Source of the DNA: Eledone cirrhosa
Taxonomy: Eukaryota
Assembly (NCBI GenBank): GCA_964016885.1
Contig: OZ024745.1
Location: 59,334,001-59,398,000, forward strand
DNA length: 64,000 nucleotides
Reading direction: 5' to 3'
The notes below the pieces were generated by a model. It saw only the letters and a program-made list of their open reading frames with translations, had not been told where the DNA came from and searched no databases. Positions 1 to 11,990 of the stretch are shown here, one piece after another (the stretch's first letter is position 1; each line of letters opens with the position of its first letter). Position numbers and translations under genes: made by a program.

Positions 1-3000
1 GTGAAAACCTCGACTTGGAGTGAAAACCTCGACTTGGAATGAAAACCTCGACTTGGAGTGAAAACCTCGACTTGGAGTGAGAACCTCGACTTGGAGTGAG
101 AACCTCGACTTGGAGTGAAAACCTCGACTTGGAGTGAAAACCTCGGCTTGGAGTGAGAACCCCGACTTGGAGTGTAAACCTCGACTTGGAGTGTAAACCT
201 CGACTTGGAGTGTAAACCTCGACTTGGAGTGTAAACCTCGACTTGGAGTGAGAACCTCGACTTGGAGTGAGAACCTCGACTTGGAGTGAAAACCTCGACT
301 TGGAGTGAGAACCTCGATTTGGAGTGAGAACCTCCACTTGGAGTGAGAACCTCGATTTGGAGTGAGAACCTCGACTTGGAGTGAGAACCTCGATTTGGAG
401 TGAGAACCTCGACTTGGAGTGAGAACCTCGACTTGGAGTGAGAACCTCGATTTGGAGTGAGAACCTCGATTTGGAGTGAGAACCTCGATTTGGAGTGAGA
501 ACCTCGATTTGGAGTTAGAACCTCGATTTGGAGTGAGAACCTCGATTTGGAGTGAGAACCTCGACTTGGAGTGAAAACCTCGACTTGGAGTGAAAACCTC
601 GACTTGGAGTGAAAACCTCGACTTGGAGTGAAAACCTCGACTTGGAGTGAAAACCTCGACTTGGAGTGAAAACCTCGACTGGGAGTGAAAACCTCGACTT
701 GGAGTGAGAACCTCGACTTGGAGTGCAAACCTCGACTTGGAGTGAGAACCTCGACTTGGAGTGAAAACCTCGACTTGGAGTGAGAACCTCGACATGGAGT
801 GAGAACCTCGACATGGAGTGAAAACCTCGACTTGGCGTGAGAACCTCGACATGGAGTGAGAACCTCGACATGGAGTGAGAACCTCGACATGGAGTGAAAA
901 CCTCGACTTGGAGTGAGAACCTCGACATGGAGTGAGAACCTCGACTTGGAGTGAAAACCTCGACTTGGAGTGAGAACCTCGACTTGGAGTGAAAACCTCG
1001 ACTTGGAGTGAGAACCTCGACTTGGAGTGAAAACCTCGACTTGGAGTGAGAACCTCGACTTGGAGTGAAAACCTCGACTTGGAGTGAAAACCTCGACTTG
1101 GAGTGAAAACCTCGACTTGGAGTGAAAACCTCGACTTGGAGTGAGAACCTCGACTTGGAGTGAGAACCTCGACTTGGAGTGAGAACCTCGAGTTGGAGTG
1201 AAAACCTCGACTTGGAGTGAAAACCTCGAGTTGGAGTGAAAACCTCGACTTGGAGTGAAAACCTCGACTTGGAGTGAAAACCTCGACTTGGAGTGAGAAC
1301 CTCGACTTGGAGTGAAAACCTCGACTTGGAGTGAGAACCTCGACTTGGAGTGAGAACCTCGACTTGGAGTGAAAACCTCGACTTGGAGTGAGAACCTCGA
1401 CTTGGAGTGAAAACCTCGACTTGGAGTGAGAACCTCGACTTGGAGTGAAAACCTCGACTTGGAGTGAGAACCTCGACATGGAGTGAGAACCTCGACATGG
1501 AGTGAAAACCTCGACTTGGAGTGAGAACCTCGACATGGAGTGAGAACCTCGACATGGAGTGAGAACCTCGACATGGAGTGAAAACCTCGACTTGGAGTGA
1601 GAACCTCGACATGGAGTGAGAACCTCGACTTGGAGTGAAAACCTCGACTTGGAGTGAGAACCTCGACTTGGAGTGAAAACCTCGACTTGGAGTGAGAACC
1701 TCGACTTGGAGTGAAAACCTCGACTTGGAGTGAGAACCTCGACTTGGAGTGAAAACCTCGACCTGGAGTGAGAACCTCGACTTGGAGTGAAAATCTCGAC
1801 CTGGAATGAGAACCTCGACTTGGAGTGAAAATCTCGACTTGGAGTGAAAACCTCGACTTGGAGTGAAAACCTCGACTTGGAGTGAGAACCTCGACTTGGA
1901 GTGAAAACCTCGACTTGGGGTGAGAACCTCGACTTGGAGTGAAAACCTCGACTTGGAGTGAAAACCTCGACTTGGAGTGAGAACCTCGACTTGGAGTGTA
2001 AACTGCGACTCTGAGTGAAAACCTCGACTTGGAGTGAGAACATCGACTTGGAGTGAAAACCTCGACTTGGAGTGAAAACCTCGACTTGGAGTGAGAACCT
2101 CGACTTGGAGTGAAAACCTCGACTTGGAGTGAGAACCTCGACATGGAGTGAAAACCTCGACTTGGAGTGAGAACCTCGACTTGGAGTGAAAACCTCGACT
2201 TGGAGTGAGAACCTCGACTTGGAGTGAAAACCTCGACTTGGAGTGAGAACCTCGACTTGGAGTGAAAACCTCGACTTGGAGTGAAAACCTCGACTTGGAG
2301 TGAAAACCTCGACTTGGAGTGAAAACCTCGACTTGGAATGAAAACCTCGACTTGGAGTGAAAACCTCGACTTGGAGTGAGAACCTCGACTTGGAGTGAGA
2401 ACCTCGACTTGGAGTGAAAACCTCGACTTGGAGTGAAAACCTCGGCTTGGAGTGAGAACCCCGACTTGGAGTGTAAACCTCGACTTGGAGTGTAAACCTC
2501 GACTTGGAGTGTAAACCTCGACTTGGAGTGTAAACCTCGACTTGGAGTGAGAACCTCGACTTGGAGTGAGAACCTCGACTTGGAGTGAAAACCTCGACTT
2601 GGAGTGAGAACCTCGATTTGGAGTGAGAACCTCCACTTGGAGTGAGAACCTCGATTTGGAGTGAGAACCTCGACTTGGAGTGAGAACCTCGATTTGGAGT
2701 GAGAACCTCGACTTGGAGTGAGAACCTCGACTTGGAGTGAGAACCTCGATTTGGAGTGAGAACCTCGATTTGGAGTGAGAACCTCGATTTGGAGTGAGAA
2801 CCTCGATTTGGAGTTAGAACCTCGATTTGGAGTGAGAACCTCGATTTGGAGTGAGAACCTCGACTTGGAGTGAAAACCTCGACTTGGAGTGAAAACCTCG
2901 ACTTGGAGTGAAAACCTCGACTTGGAGTGAAAACCTCGACTTGGAGTGAAAACCTCGACTTGGAGTGAAAACCTCGACTGGGAGTGAAAACCTCGACTTG

Positions 3001-4061
3001 GAGTGAGAACCTCGACTTGGAGTGCAAACCTCGACTTGGAGTGAGAACCTCGACTTGGAGTGAAAACCTCGACTTGGAGTGAGAACCTCGACATGGAGTG
3101 AGAACCTCGACATGGAGTGAAAACCTCGACTTGGCGTGAGAACCTCGACATGGAGTGAGAACCTCGACATGGAGTGAGAACCTCGACATGGAGTGAAAAC
3201 CTCGACTTGGAGTGAGAACCTCGACATGGAGTGAGAACCTCGACTTGGAGTGAAAACCTCGACTTGGAGTGAGAACCTCGACTTGGAGTGAAAACCTCGA
3301 CTTGGAGTGAGAACCTCGACTTGGAGTGAAAACCTCGACTTGGAGTGAGAACCTCGACTTGGAGTGAAAACCTCGACTTGGAGTGAAAACCTCGACTTGG
3401 AGTGAAAACCTCGACTTGGAGTGAAAACCTCGACTTGGAGTGAGAACCTCGACTTGGAGTGAGAACCTCGACTTGGAGTGAGAACCTCGAGTTGGAGTGA
3501 AAACCTCGACTTGGAGTGAAAACCTCGAGTTGGAGTGAAAACCTCGACTTGGAGTGAAAACCTCGACTTGGAGTGAAAACCTCGACTTGGAGTGAGAACC
3601 TCGACTTGGAGTGAAAACCTCGACTTGGAGTGAGAACCTCGACTTGGAGTGAGAACCTCGACTTGGAGTGAAAACCTCGACTTGGAGTGAGAACCTCGAC
3701 TTGGAGTGAAAACCTCGACTTGGAGTGAGAACCTCGACTTGGAGTGAAAACCTCGACTTGGAGTGAGAACCTCGACATGGAGTGAGAACCTCGACATGGA
3801 GTGAAAACCTCGACTTGGAGTGAGAACCTCGACATGGAGTGAGAACCTCGACATGGAGTGAGAACCTCGACATGGAGTGAAAACCTCGACTTGGAGTGAG
3901 AACCTCGACATGGAGTGAGAACCTCGACTTGGAGTGAAAACCTCGACTTGGAGTGAGAACCTCGACTTGGAGTGAAAACCTCGACTTGGAGTGAGAACCT
4001 CGACTTGGAGTGAAAACCTCGACTTGGAGTGAGAACCTCGACTTGGAGTGAAAACCTCGAC
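1..4061. repeat. Higher-order duplication, offset 2299 bp (121 monomers): about 1-1762 repeated at about 2300-4061
   Basis: Rare variants recur at +2299: ATGAAAAC 39/2338, GTGCAAAC 723/3022, and GTTAGAAC stop-making variants at 515/2814 in the ORF track. Confidence 0.9.
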
Positions 4062-7000
4062 TTGGAGTGAAAACCTCGACTTGGAGTGAGAACCTCGACT
4101 TGGAGTGAGAACCTCGACTTGGAGTGAGAACCTCGATTTGGAGTGAAAACCTCGACTTGGAGTGAAAACCTCGAGTTGGAGTGAAAACCTCGACTTGGAG
4201 TGAAAACCTCGACTTGGAGTGAAAACCTCGACTTGGAGTGAAAACCTCGACTTGGAGTGAAAACCTCGACTTGGAGTGAAAACCTCGACTTGGAGTGAGA
4301 ACCTCGACTTGGAGTGAAAACCTCGACTTGGAGTGAGAACCTCGACTTGGAGTGAAAACCTCGACTTGGAGTGAGAACCTCGACTTGGAGTGAAAACCTC
4401 GACTTGGAGTGAGAACCTCGACTTGGAGTGAAAACCTCGACTTGGAGTGAGAACCTCGACTTGGAGTGAAAACCTCGACTTGGAGTGAGAACCTCGACAT
4501 GGAGTGAGAACCTCGACATGGAGTGAAAACCTCGACTTGGAGTGAGAACCTCGACATGGAGTGAGAACCTCGACATGGAGTGAAAACCTCGACTTGGAGT
4601 GAGAACCTCGACATGGAGTGAGAACCTCGACTTGGAGTGAAAACCTCGACTTGGAGTGAGAACCTCGACTTGGAGTGAAAACCTCGACTTGGAGTGAGAA
4701 CCTCGACTTGGAGTGAAAACCTCGACTTGGAGTGAAAACCTCGACTTGGAGTGAGAACCTCGACTTGGAGTGAGAACCTCGACTTGGAGTGAGAACCTCG
4801 AGTTGGAGTGAAAACCTCGACTTGGAGTGAAAACCTCGAGTTGGAGTGAAAACCTCGACTTGGAGTGAAAACCTCGACTTGGAGTGAAAACCTCGACTTG
4901 GAGTGAAAACCTCGACTTGGAGTGAAAACCTCGACTTGGAGTGAGAACCTCGACTTGGAGTGAAAACCTCGACTTGGAGTGAGAACCTCGACTTGGAGTG
5001 AAAACCTCGACTTGGAGTGAGAACCTCGACTTGGAGTGAAAACCTCGACTTGGAGTGAAAACCTCGACTTGGAGTGAGAACCTCGACTTGGAGTGAAAAC
5101 CTCGACTTGGAGTGAAAACCTCGACTTGGAGTGAAAACCTCGACTTGGAGTGAGAACCTCGACTTGGAGTGAAAACCTCGACTTGGAGTGTAAACTGCGA
5201 CTTGGAGTGAGAACCTCGACTTGGAGTGAAAACCTCGACTTGGAGTGTAAACTGCGACTCTGAGTGAAAACCTCGACTTGGAGTGAGAACATCGACTTGG
5301 AGTGAAAACCTCGACTTGGAGTGAGAACCTCGACTTGGAGTGAGAACCTCGACTTGGAGTGAAAACCTCGACTTGGAGTAAGAACCTCGAATTGGAGTGA
5401 AAACCTCGACTTGGAGTGAGAACCTCGACTTGGAGTGAGAACCTCGACTTGGAGTGAGAACCTCGAGTTGGAGTGAAAACCTCGAGTTGGAGTGAGAACC
5501 TCGAGTTGGAGTGAAAACCTCGACTTGGAGTTAAAACCTCGACTTGGAGTTAAAACCTCGACTTGGAGTGAAAACCTCGACTTGGAGTGAAAACCTCGAC
5601 TTGGAGTGAGAACCTCGACTTGGAGTGAGAACCTCGACTTGGAGTGAGAACCTCGACTTGGAGTAAAAACCTCGACTTGGAGTGAGAACCTCGACTTGGA
5701 GTGAGAACCTCGACTTGGAGTGAAAACCTCGACTTGGAGTGAAAACCTCGACTTGGAGTGAAAACCTCGACTTGGAGTGAAAACCTCGACTTGGAGTGAG
5801 AACCTCGACTTGGAGTGAGAACCTCGACTTGGAGTGAGAACCTCGACTTGGAGTGAAAACCTCGACTTGGAGTGAAAACCTCGACTTGGAGTGAGAACCT
5901 CGACTTGGAGTGAAAACCTCGACTTGGAGTGAGAACCTCGACTTGGAGTGAGAACCTCGACTTGGAGTGAAAACCTCGACTTGGAGTGAGAACCTCGACT
6001 TGGAGTGAAAACCTCGACTTGGAGTGAGAACCTCGACTTGGAGTGCAAACCTCGACTTGGAGTGAGAACCTCGACTTGGAGTGAAAACCTCGACTTGGAG
6101 TGAGAACCTCGACATGGAGTGAGAACCTCGACATGGAGTGAAAACCTCGACTTGGCGTGAGAACCTCGACATGGAGTGAGAACCTCGACATGGAGTGAGA
6201 ACCTCGACATGGAGTGAAAACCTCGACTTGGAGTGAGAACCTCGACATGGAGTGAGAACCTCGACTTGGAGTGAAAACCTCGACTTGGAGTGAGAACCTC
6301 GATTTGGAGTGAGAACCTCGATTTGGAGTGAGAACCTCGATTTGGAGTGAGAACCTCGATTTGGAGTTAGAACCTCGATTTGGAGTGAGAACCTCGATTT
6401 GGAGTGAGAACCTCGACTTGGAGTGAAAACCTCGACTTGGAGTGAAAACCTCGACTTGGAGTGAAAACCTCGACTTGGAGTGAAAACCTCGACTTGGAGT
6501 GAAAACCTCGACTTGGAGTGAAAACCTCGACTGGGAGTGAAAACCTCGACTTGGAGTGAGAACCTCGACTTGGAGTGCAAACCTCGACTTGGAGTGAGAA
6601 CCTCGACTTGGAGTGAAAACCTCGACTTGGAGTGAGAACCTCGACATGGAGTGAGAACCTCGACATGGAGTGAAAACCTCGACTTGGCGTGAGAACCTCG
6701 ACATGGAGTGAGAACCTCGACATGGAGTGAGAACCTCGACATGGAGTGAAAACCTCGACTTGGAGTGAGAACCTCGACATGGAGTGAGAACCTCGACTTG
6801 GAGTGAAAACCTCGACTTGGAGTGAGAACCTCGACTTGGAGTGAAAACCTCGACTTGGAGTGAGAACCTCGACTTGGAGTGAAAACCTCGACTTGGAGTG
6901 AGAACCTCGACTTGGAGTGAAAACCTCGACTTGGAGTGAAAACCTCGACTTGGAGTGAAAACCTCGACTTGGAGTGAAAACCTCGACTTGGAGTGAGAAC

Positions 7001-10000
7001 CTCGACTTGGAGTGAGAACCTCGACTTGGAGTGAGAACCTCGAGTTGGAGTGAAAACCTCGACTTGGAGTGAAAACCTCGAGTTGGAGTGAAAACCTCGA
7101 CTTGGAGTGAAAACCTCGACTTGGAGTGAAAACCTCGACTTGGAGTGAGAACCTCGACTTGGAGTGAAAACCTCGACTTGGAGTGAGAACCTCGACTTGG
7201 AGTGAGAACCTCGACTTGGAGTGAAAACCTCGACTTGGAGTGAGAACCTCGACTTGAAGTGAAAACCTCGACTTGGAGTGAGAACCTCGACTTGGAGTGA
7301 AAACCTCGACTTGGAGTGAGAACCTCGACATGGAGTGAGAACCTCGACATGGAGTGAAAACCTCGACTTGGAGTGAGAACCTCGACATGGAGTGAGAACC
7401 TCGACATGGAGTGAGAACCTCGACATGGAGTGAAAACCTCGACTTGGAGTGAGAACCTCGACATGGAGTGAGAACCTCGACTTGGAGTGAAAACCTCGAC
7501 TTGGAGTGAGAACCTCGACTTGGAGTGAAAACCTCGACTTGGAGTGAGAACCTCGACTTGGAGTGAAAACCTCGACTTGGAGTGAGAACCTCGACTTGGA
7601 GTGAAAACCTCGACTTGGAGTGAAAACCTCGACTTGGAGTGAGAACCTCGACTTGGAGTGAGAACCTCGACTTGGAGTGAGAACCTCGATTTGGAGTGAA
7701 AACCTCGACTTGGAGTGAAAACCTCGAGTTGGAGTGAAAACCTCGACTTGGAGTGAAAACCTCGACTTGGAGTGAAAACCTCGACTTGGAGTGAAAACCT
7801 CGACTTGGAGTGAAAACCTCGACTTGGAGTGAAAACCTCGACTTGGAGTGAGAACCTCGACTTGGAGTGAAAACCTCGACTTGGAGTGAGAACCTCGACT
7901 TGGAGTGAAAACCTCGACTTGGAGTGAGAACCTCGACTTGGAGTGAAAACCTCGACTTGGAGTGAGAACCTCGACTTGGAGTGAAAACCTCGACTTGGAG
8001 TGAGAACCTCGACTTGGAGTGAAAACCTCGACTTGGAGTGAGAACCTCGACATGGAGTGAGAACCTCGACATGGAGTGAAAACCTCGACTTGGAGTGAGA
8101 ACCTCGACATGGAGTGAGAACCTCGACATGGAGTGAAAACCTCGACTTGGAGTGAGAACCTCGACATGGAGTGAGAACCTCGACTTGGAGTGAAAACCTC
8201 GACTTGGAGTGAGAACCTCGACTTGGAGTGAAAACCTCGACTTGGAGTGAGAACCTCGACTTGGAGTGAAAACCTCGACTTGGAGTGAAAACCTCGACTT
8301 GGAGTGAGAACCTCGACTTGGAGTGAGAACCTCGACTTGGAGTGAGAACCTCGAGTTGGAGTGAAAACCTCGACTTGGAGTGAAAACCTCGAGTTGGAGT
8401 GAAAACCTCGACTTGGAGTGAAAACCTCGACTTGGAGTGAAAACCTCGACTTGGAGTGAAAACCTCGACTTGGAGTGAAAACCTCGACTTGGAGTGAGAA
8501 CCTCGACTTGGAGTGAAAACCTCGACTTGGAGTGAGAACCTCGACTTGGAGTGAAAACCTCGACTTGGAGTGAGAACCTCGACTTGGAGTGAAAACCTCG
8601 ACTTGGAGTGAAAACCTCGACTTGGAGTGAGAACCTCGACTTGGAGTGAAAACCTCGACTTGGAGTGAAAACCTCGACTTGGAGTGAAAACCTCGACTTG
8701 GAGTGAGAACCTCGACTTGGAGTGAAAACCTCGACTTGGAGTGTAAACTGCGACTTGGAGTGAGAACCTCGACTTGGAGTGAAAACCTCGACTTGGAGTG
8801 TAAACTGCGACTCTGAGTGAAAACCTCGACTTGGAGTGAGAACATCGACTTGGAGTGAAAACCTCGACTTGGAGTGAGAACCTCGACTTGGAGTGAGAAC
8901 CTCGACTTGGAGTGAAAACCTCGACTTGGAGTAAGAACCTCGAATTGGAGTGAAAACCTCGACTTGGAGTGAGAACCTCGACTTGGAGTGAGAACCTCGA
9001 CTTGGAGTGAGAACCTCGACTTGGAGTGAAAACCTCGAGTTGGAGTGAGAACCTCGAGTTGGAGTGAAAACCTCGACTTGGAGTTAAAACCTCGACTTGG
9101 AGTTAAAACCTCGACTTGGAGTGAAAACCTCGACTTGGAGTGAAAACCTCGACTTGGAGTGAGAACCTCGACTTGGAGTGAGAACCTCGACTTGGAGTGA
9201 GAACCTCGACTTGGAGTAAAAACCTCGACTTGGAGTGAGAACCTCGACTTGGAGTGAGAACCTCGACTTGGAGTGAAAACCTCGACTTGGAGTGAAAACC
9301 TCGACTTGGAGTGAAAACCTCGACTTGGAGTGAAAACCTCGACTTGGAGTGAGAACCTCGACTTGGAGTGAGAACCTCGACTTGGAGTGAGAACCTCGAC
9401 TTGGAGTGAAAACCTCGACTTGGAGTGAAAACCTCGACTTGGAGTGAGAACCTCGACTTGGAGTGAAAACCTCGACTTGGAGTGAGAACCTCGACTTGGA
9501 GTGAGAACCTCGACTTGGAGTGAAAACCTCGACTTGGAGTGAGAACCTCGACTTGGAGTGAAAACCTCGACTTGGAGTGAGAACCTCGACTTGGAGTGCA
9601 AACCTCGACTTGGAGTGAGAACCTCGACTTGGAGTGAAAACCTCGACTTGGAGTGAGAACCTCGACATGGAGTGAGAACCTCGACATGGAGTGAAAACCT
9701 CGACTTGGCGTGAGAACCTCGACATGGAGTGAGAACCTCGACATGGAGTGAGAACCTCGACATGGAGTGAAAACCTCGACTTGGAGTGAGAACCTCGACA
9801 TGGAGTGAGAACCTCGACTTGGAGTGAAAACCTCGACTTGGAGTGAGAACCTCGACTTGGAGTGAAAACCTCGACTTGGAGTGAGAACCTCGACTTGGAG
9901 TGAAAACCTCGACTTGGAGTGAGAACCTCGACTTGGAGTGAAAACCTCGACTTGGAGTGAAAACCTCGACTTGGAGTGAAAACCTCGACTTGGAGTGAAA

Positions 10001-11990
10001 ACCTCGACTTGGAGTGAGAACCTCGACTTGGAGTGAGAACCTCGACTTGGAGTGAGAACCTCGAGTTGGAGTGAAAACCTCGACTTGGAGTGAAAACCTC
10101 GAGTTGGAGTGAAAACCTCGACTTGGAGTGAAAACCTCGACTTGGAGTGAAAACCTCGACTTGGAGTGAGAACCTCGACTTGGAGTGAAAACCTCGACTT
10201 GGAGTGAGAACCTCGACTTGGAGTGAGAACCTCGACTTGGAGTGAAAACCTCGACTTGGAGTGAGAACCTCGACTTGGAGTGAAAACCTCGACTTGGAGT
10301 GAGAACCTCGACTTGGAGTGAAAACCTCGACTTGGAGTGAGAACCTCGACATGGAGTGAGAACCTCGACATGGAGTGAAAACCTCGACTTGGAGTGAGAA
10401 CCTCGACATGGAGTGAGAACCTCGACATGGAGTGAGAACCTCGACATGGAGTGAAAACCTCGACTTGGAGTGAGAACCTCGACATGGAGTGAGAACCTCG
10501 ACTTGGAGTGAAAACCTCGACTTGGAGTGAGAACCTCGACTTGGAGTGAAAACCTCGACTTGGAGTGAGAACCTCGACTTGGAGTGAAAACCTCGACTTG
10601 GAGTGAGAACCTCGACTTGGAGTGAAAACCTCGACTTGGAGTGAAAACCTCGACTTGGAGTGAGAACCTCGACTTGGAGTGAGAACCTCGACTTGGAGTG
10701 AGAACCTCGATTTGGAGTGAAAACCTCGACTTGGAGTGAAAACCTCGAGTTGGAGTGAAAACCTCGACTTGGAGTGAAAACCTCGACTTGGAGTGAAAAC
10801 CTCGACTTGGAGTGAAAACCTCGACTTGGAGTGAAAACCTCGACTTGGAGTGAAAACCTCGACTTGGAGTGAGAACCTCGACTTGGAGTGAAAACCTCGA
10901 CTTGGAGTGAGAACCTCGACTTGGAGTGAAAACCTCGACTTGGAGTGAGAACCTCGACTTGGAGTGAAAACCTCGACTTGGAGTGAGAACCTCGACTTGG
11001 AGTGAAAACCTCGACTTGGAGTGAGAACCTCGACTTGGAGTGAAAACCTCGACTTGGAGTGAGAACCTCGACATGGAGTGAGAACCTCGACATGGAGTGA
11101 AAACCTCGACTTGGAGTGAGAACCTCGACATGGAGTGAGAACCTCGACATGGAGTGAAAACCTCGACTTGGAGTGAGAACCTCGACATGGAGTGAGAACC
11201 TCGACTTGGAGTGAAAACCTCGACTTGGAGTGAGAACCTCGACTTGGAGTGAAAACCTCGACTTGGAGTGAGAACCTCGACTTGGAGTGAAAACCTCGAC
11301 TTGGAGTGAAAACCTCGACTTGGAGTGAGAACCTCGACTTGGAGTGAGAACCTCGACTTGGAGTGAGAACCTCGAGTTGGAGTGAAAACCTCGACTTGGA
11401 GTGAAAACCTCGAGTTGGAGTGAAAACCTCGACTTGGAGTGAAAACCTCGACTTGGAGTGAAAACCTCGACTTGGAGTGAAAACCTCGACTTGGAGTGAA
11501 AACCTCGACTTGGAGTGAGAACCTCGACTTGGAGTGAAAACCTCGACTTGGAGTGAGAACCTCGACTTGGAGTGAAAACCTCGACTTGGAGTGAGAACCT
11601 CGACTTGGAGTGAAAACCTCGACTTGGAGTGAAAACCTCGACTTGGAGTGAGAACCTCGACTTGGAGTGAAAACCTCGACTTGGAGTGAAAACCTCGACT
11701 TGGAGTGAAAACCTCGACTTGGAGTGAGAACCTCGACTTGGAGTGAAAACCTCGACTTGGAGTGTAAACTGCGACTTGGAGTGAGAACCTCGACTTGGAG
11801 TGAAAACCTCGACTTGGAGTGTAAACTGCGACTCTGAGTGAAAACCTCGACTTGGAGTGAGAACATCGACTTGGAGTGAAAACCTCGACTTGGAGTGAGA
11901 ACCTCGACTTGGAGTGAGAACCTCGACTTGGAGTGAAAACCTCGACTTGGAGTAAGAACCTCGAATTGGAGTGAAAACCTCGACTTGGAG
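2750..11990. repeat. Higher-order repeat of 3021 bp (159-mer) / 3553 bp (187-mer), about three copies
   Basis: GTGCAAAC occurs at 3022, 6043, 6575 and 9596 (steps 3021, 532, 3021). The marker monomer occurs at 5245, 8798 and 11819 (steps 3553, 3021). ORF boundaries 2814/6367, 5531/9084 and 5550/9103 differ by 3553. Boundaries are approximate. Confidence 0.88.

Noticed and set aside
324-345. Hairpin, cruciform or G-quadruplex potential (TCGA palindrome; CTCCACTTGGAG variant; TTGGGG variants)
   Set aside because: Stems are only 3-6 bp, there are no inverted monomers in the array, and G-runs are too short and sparse.
1996-2014. Forkhead-like site in TGTAAAC of the marker monomer
   Set aside because: It is a short partial match that lacks the final A of RTAAAYA and is expected by chance, with no supporting context.
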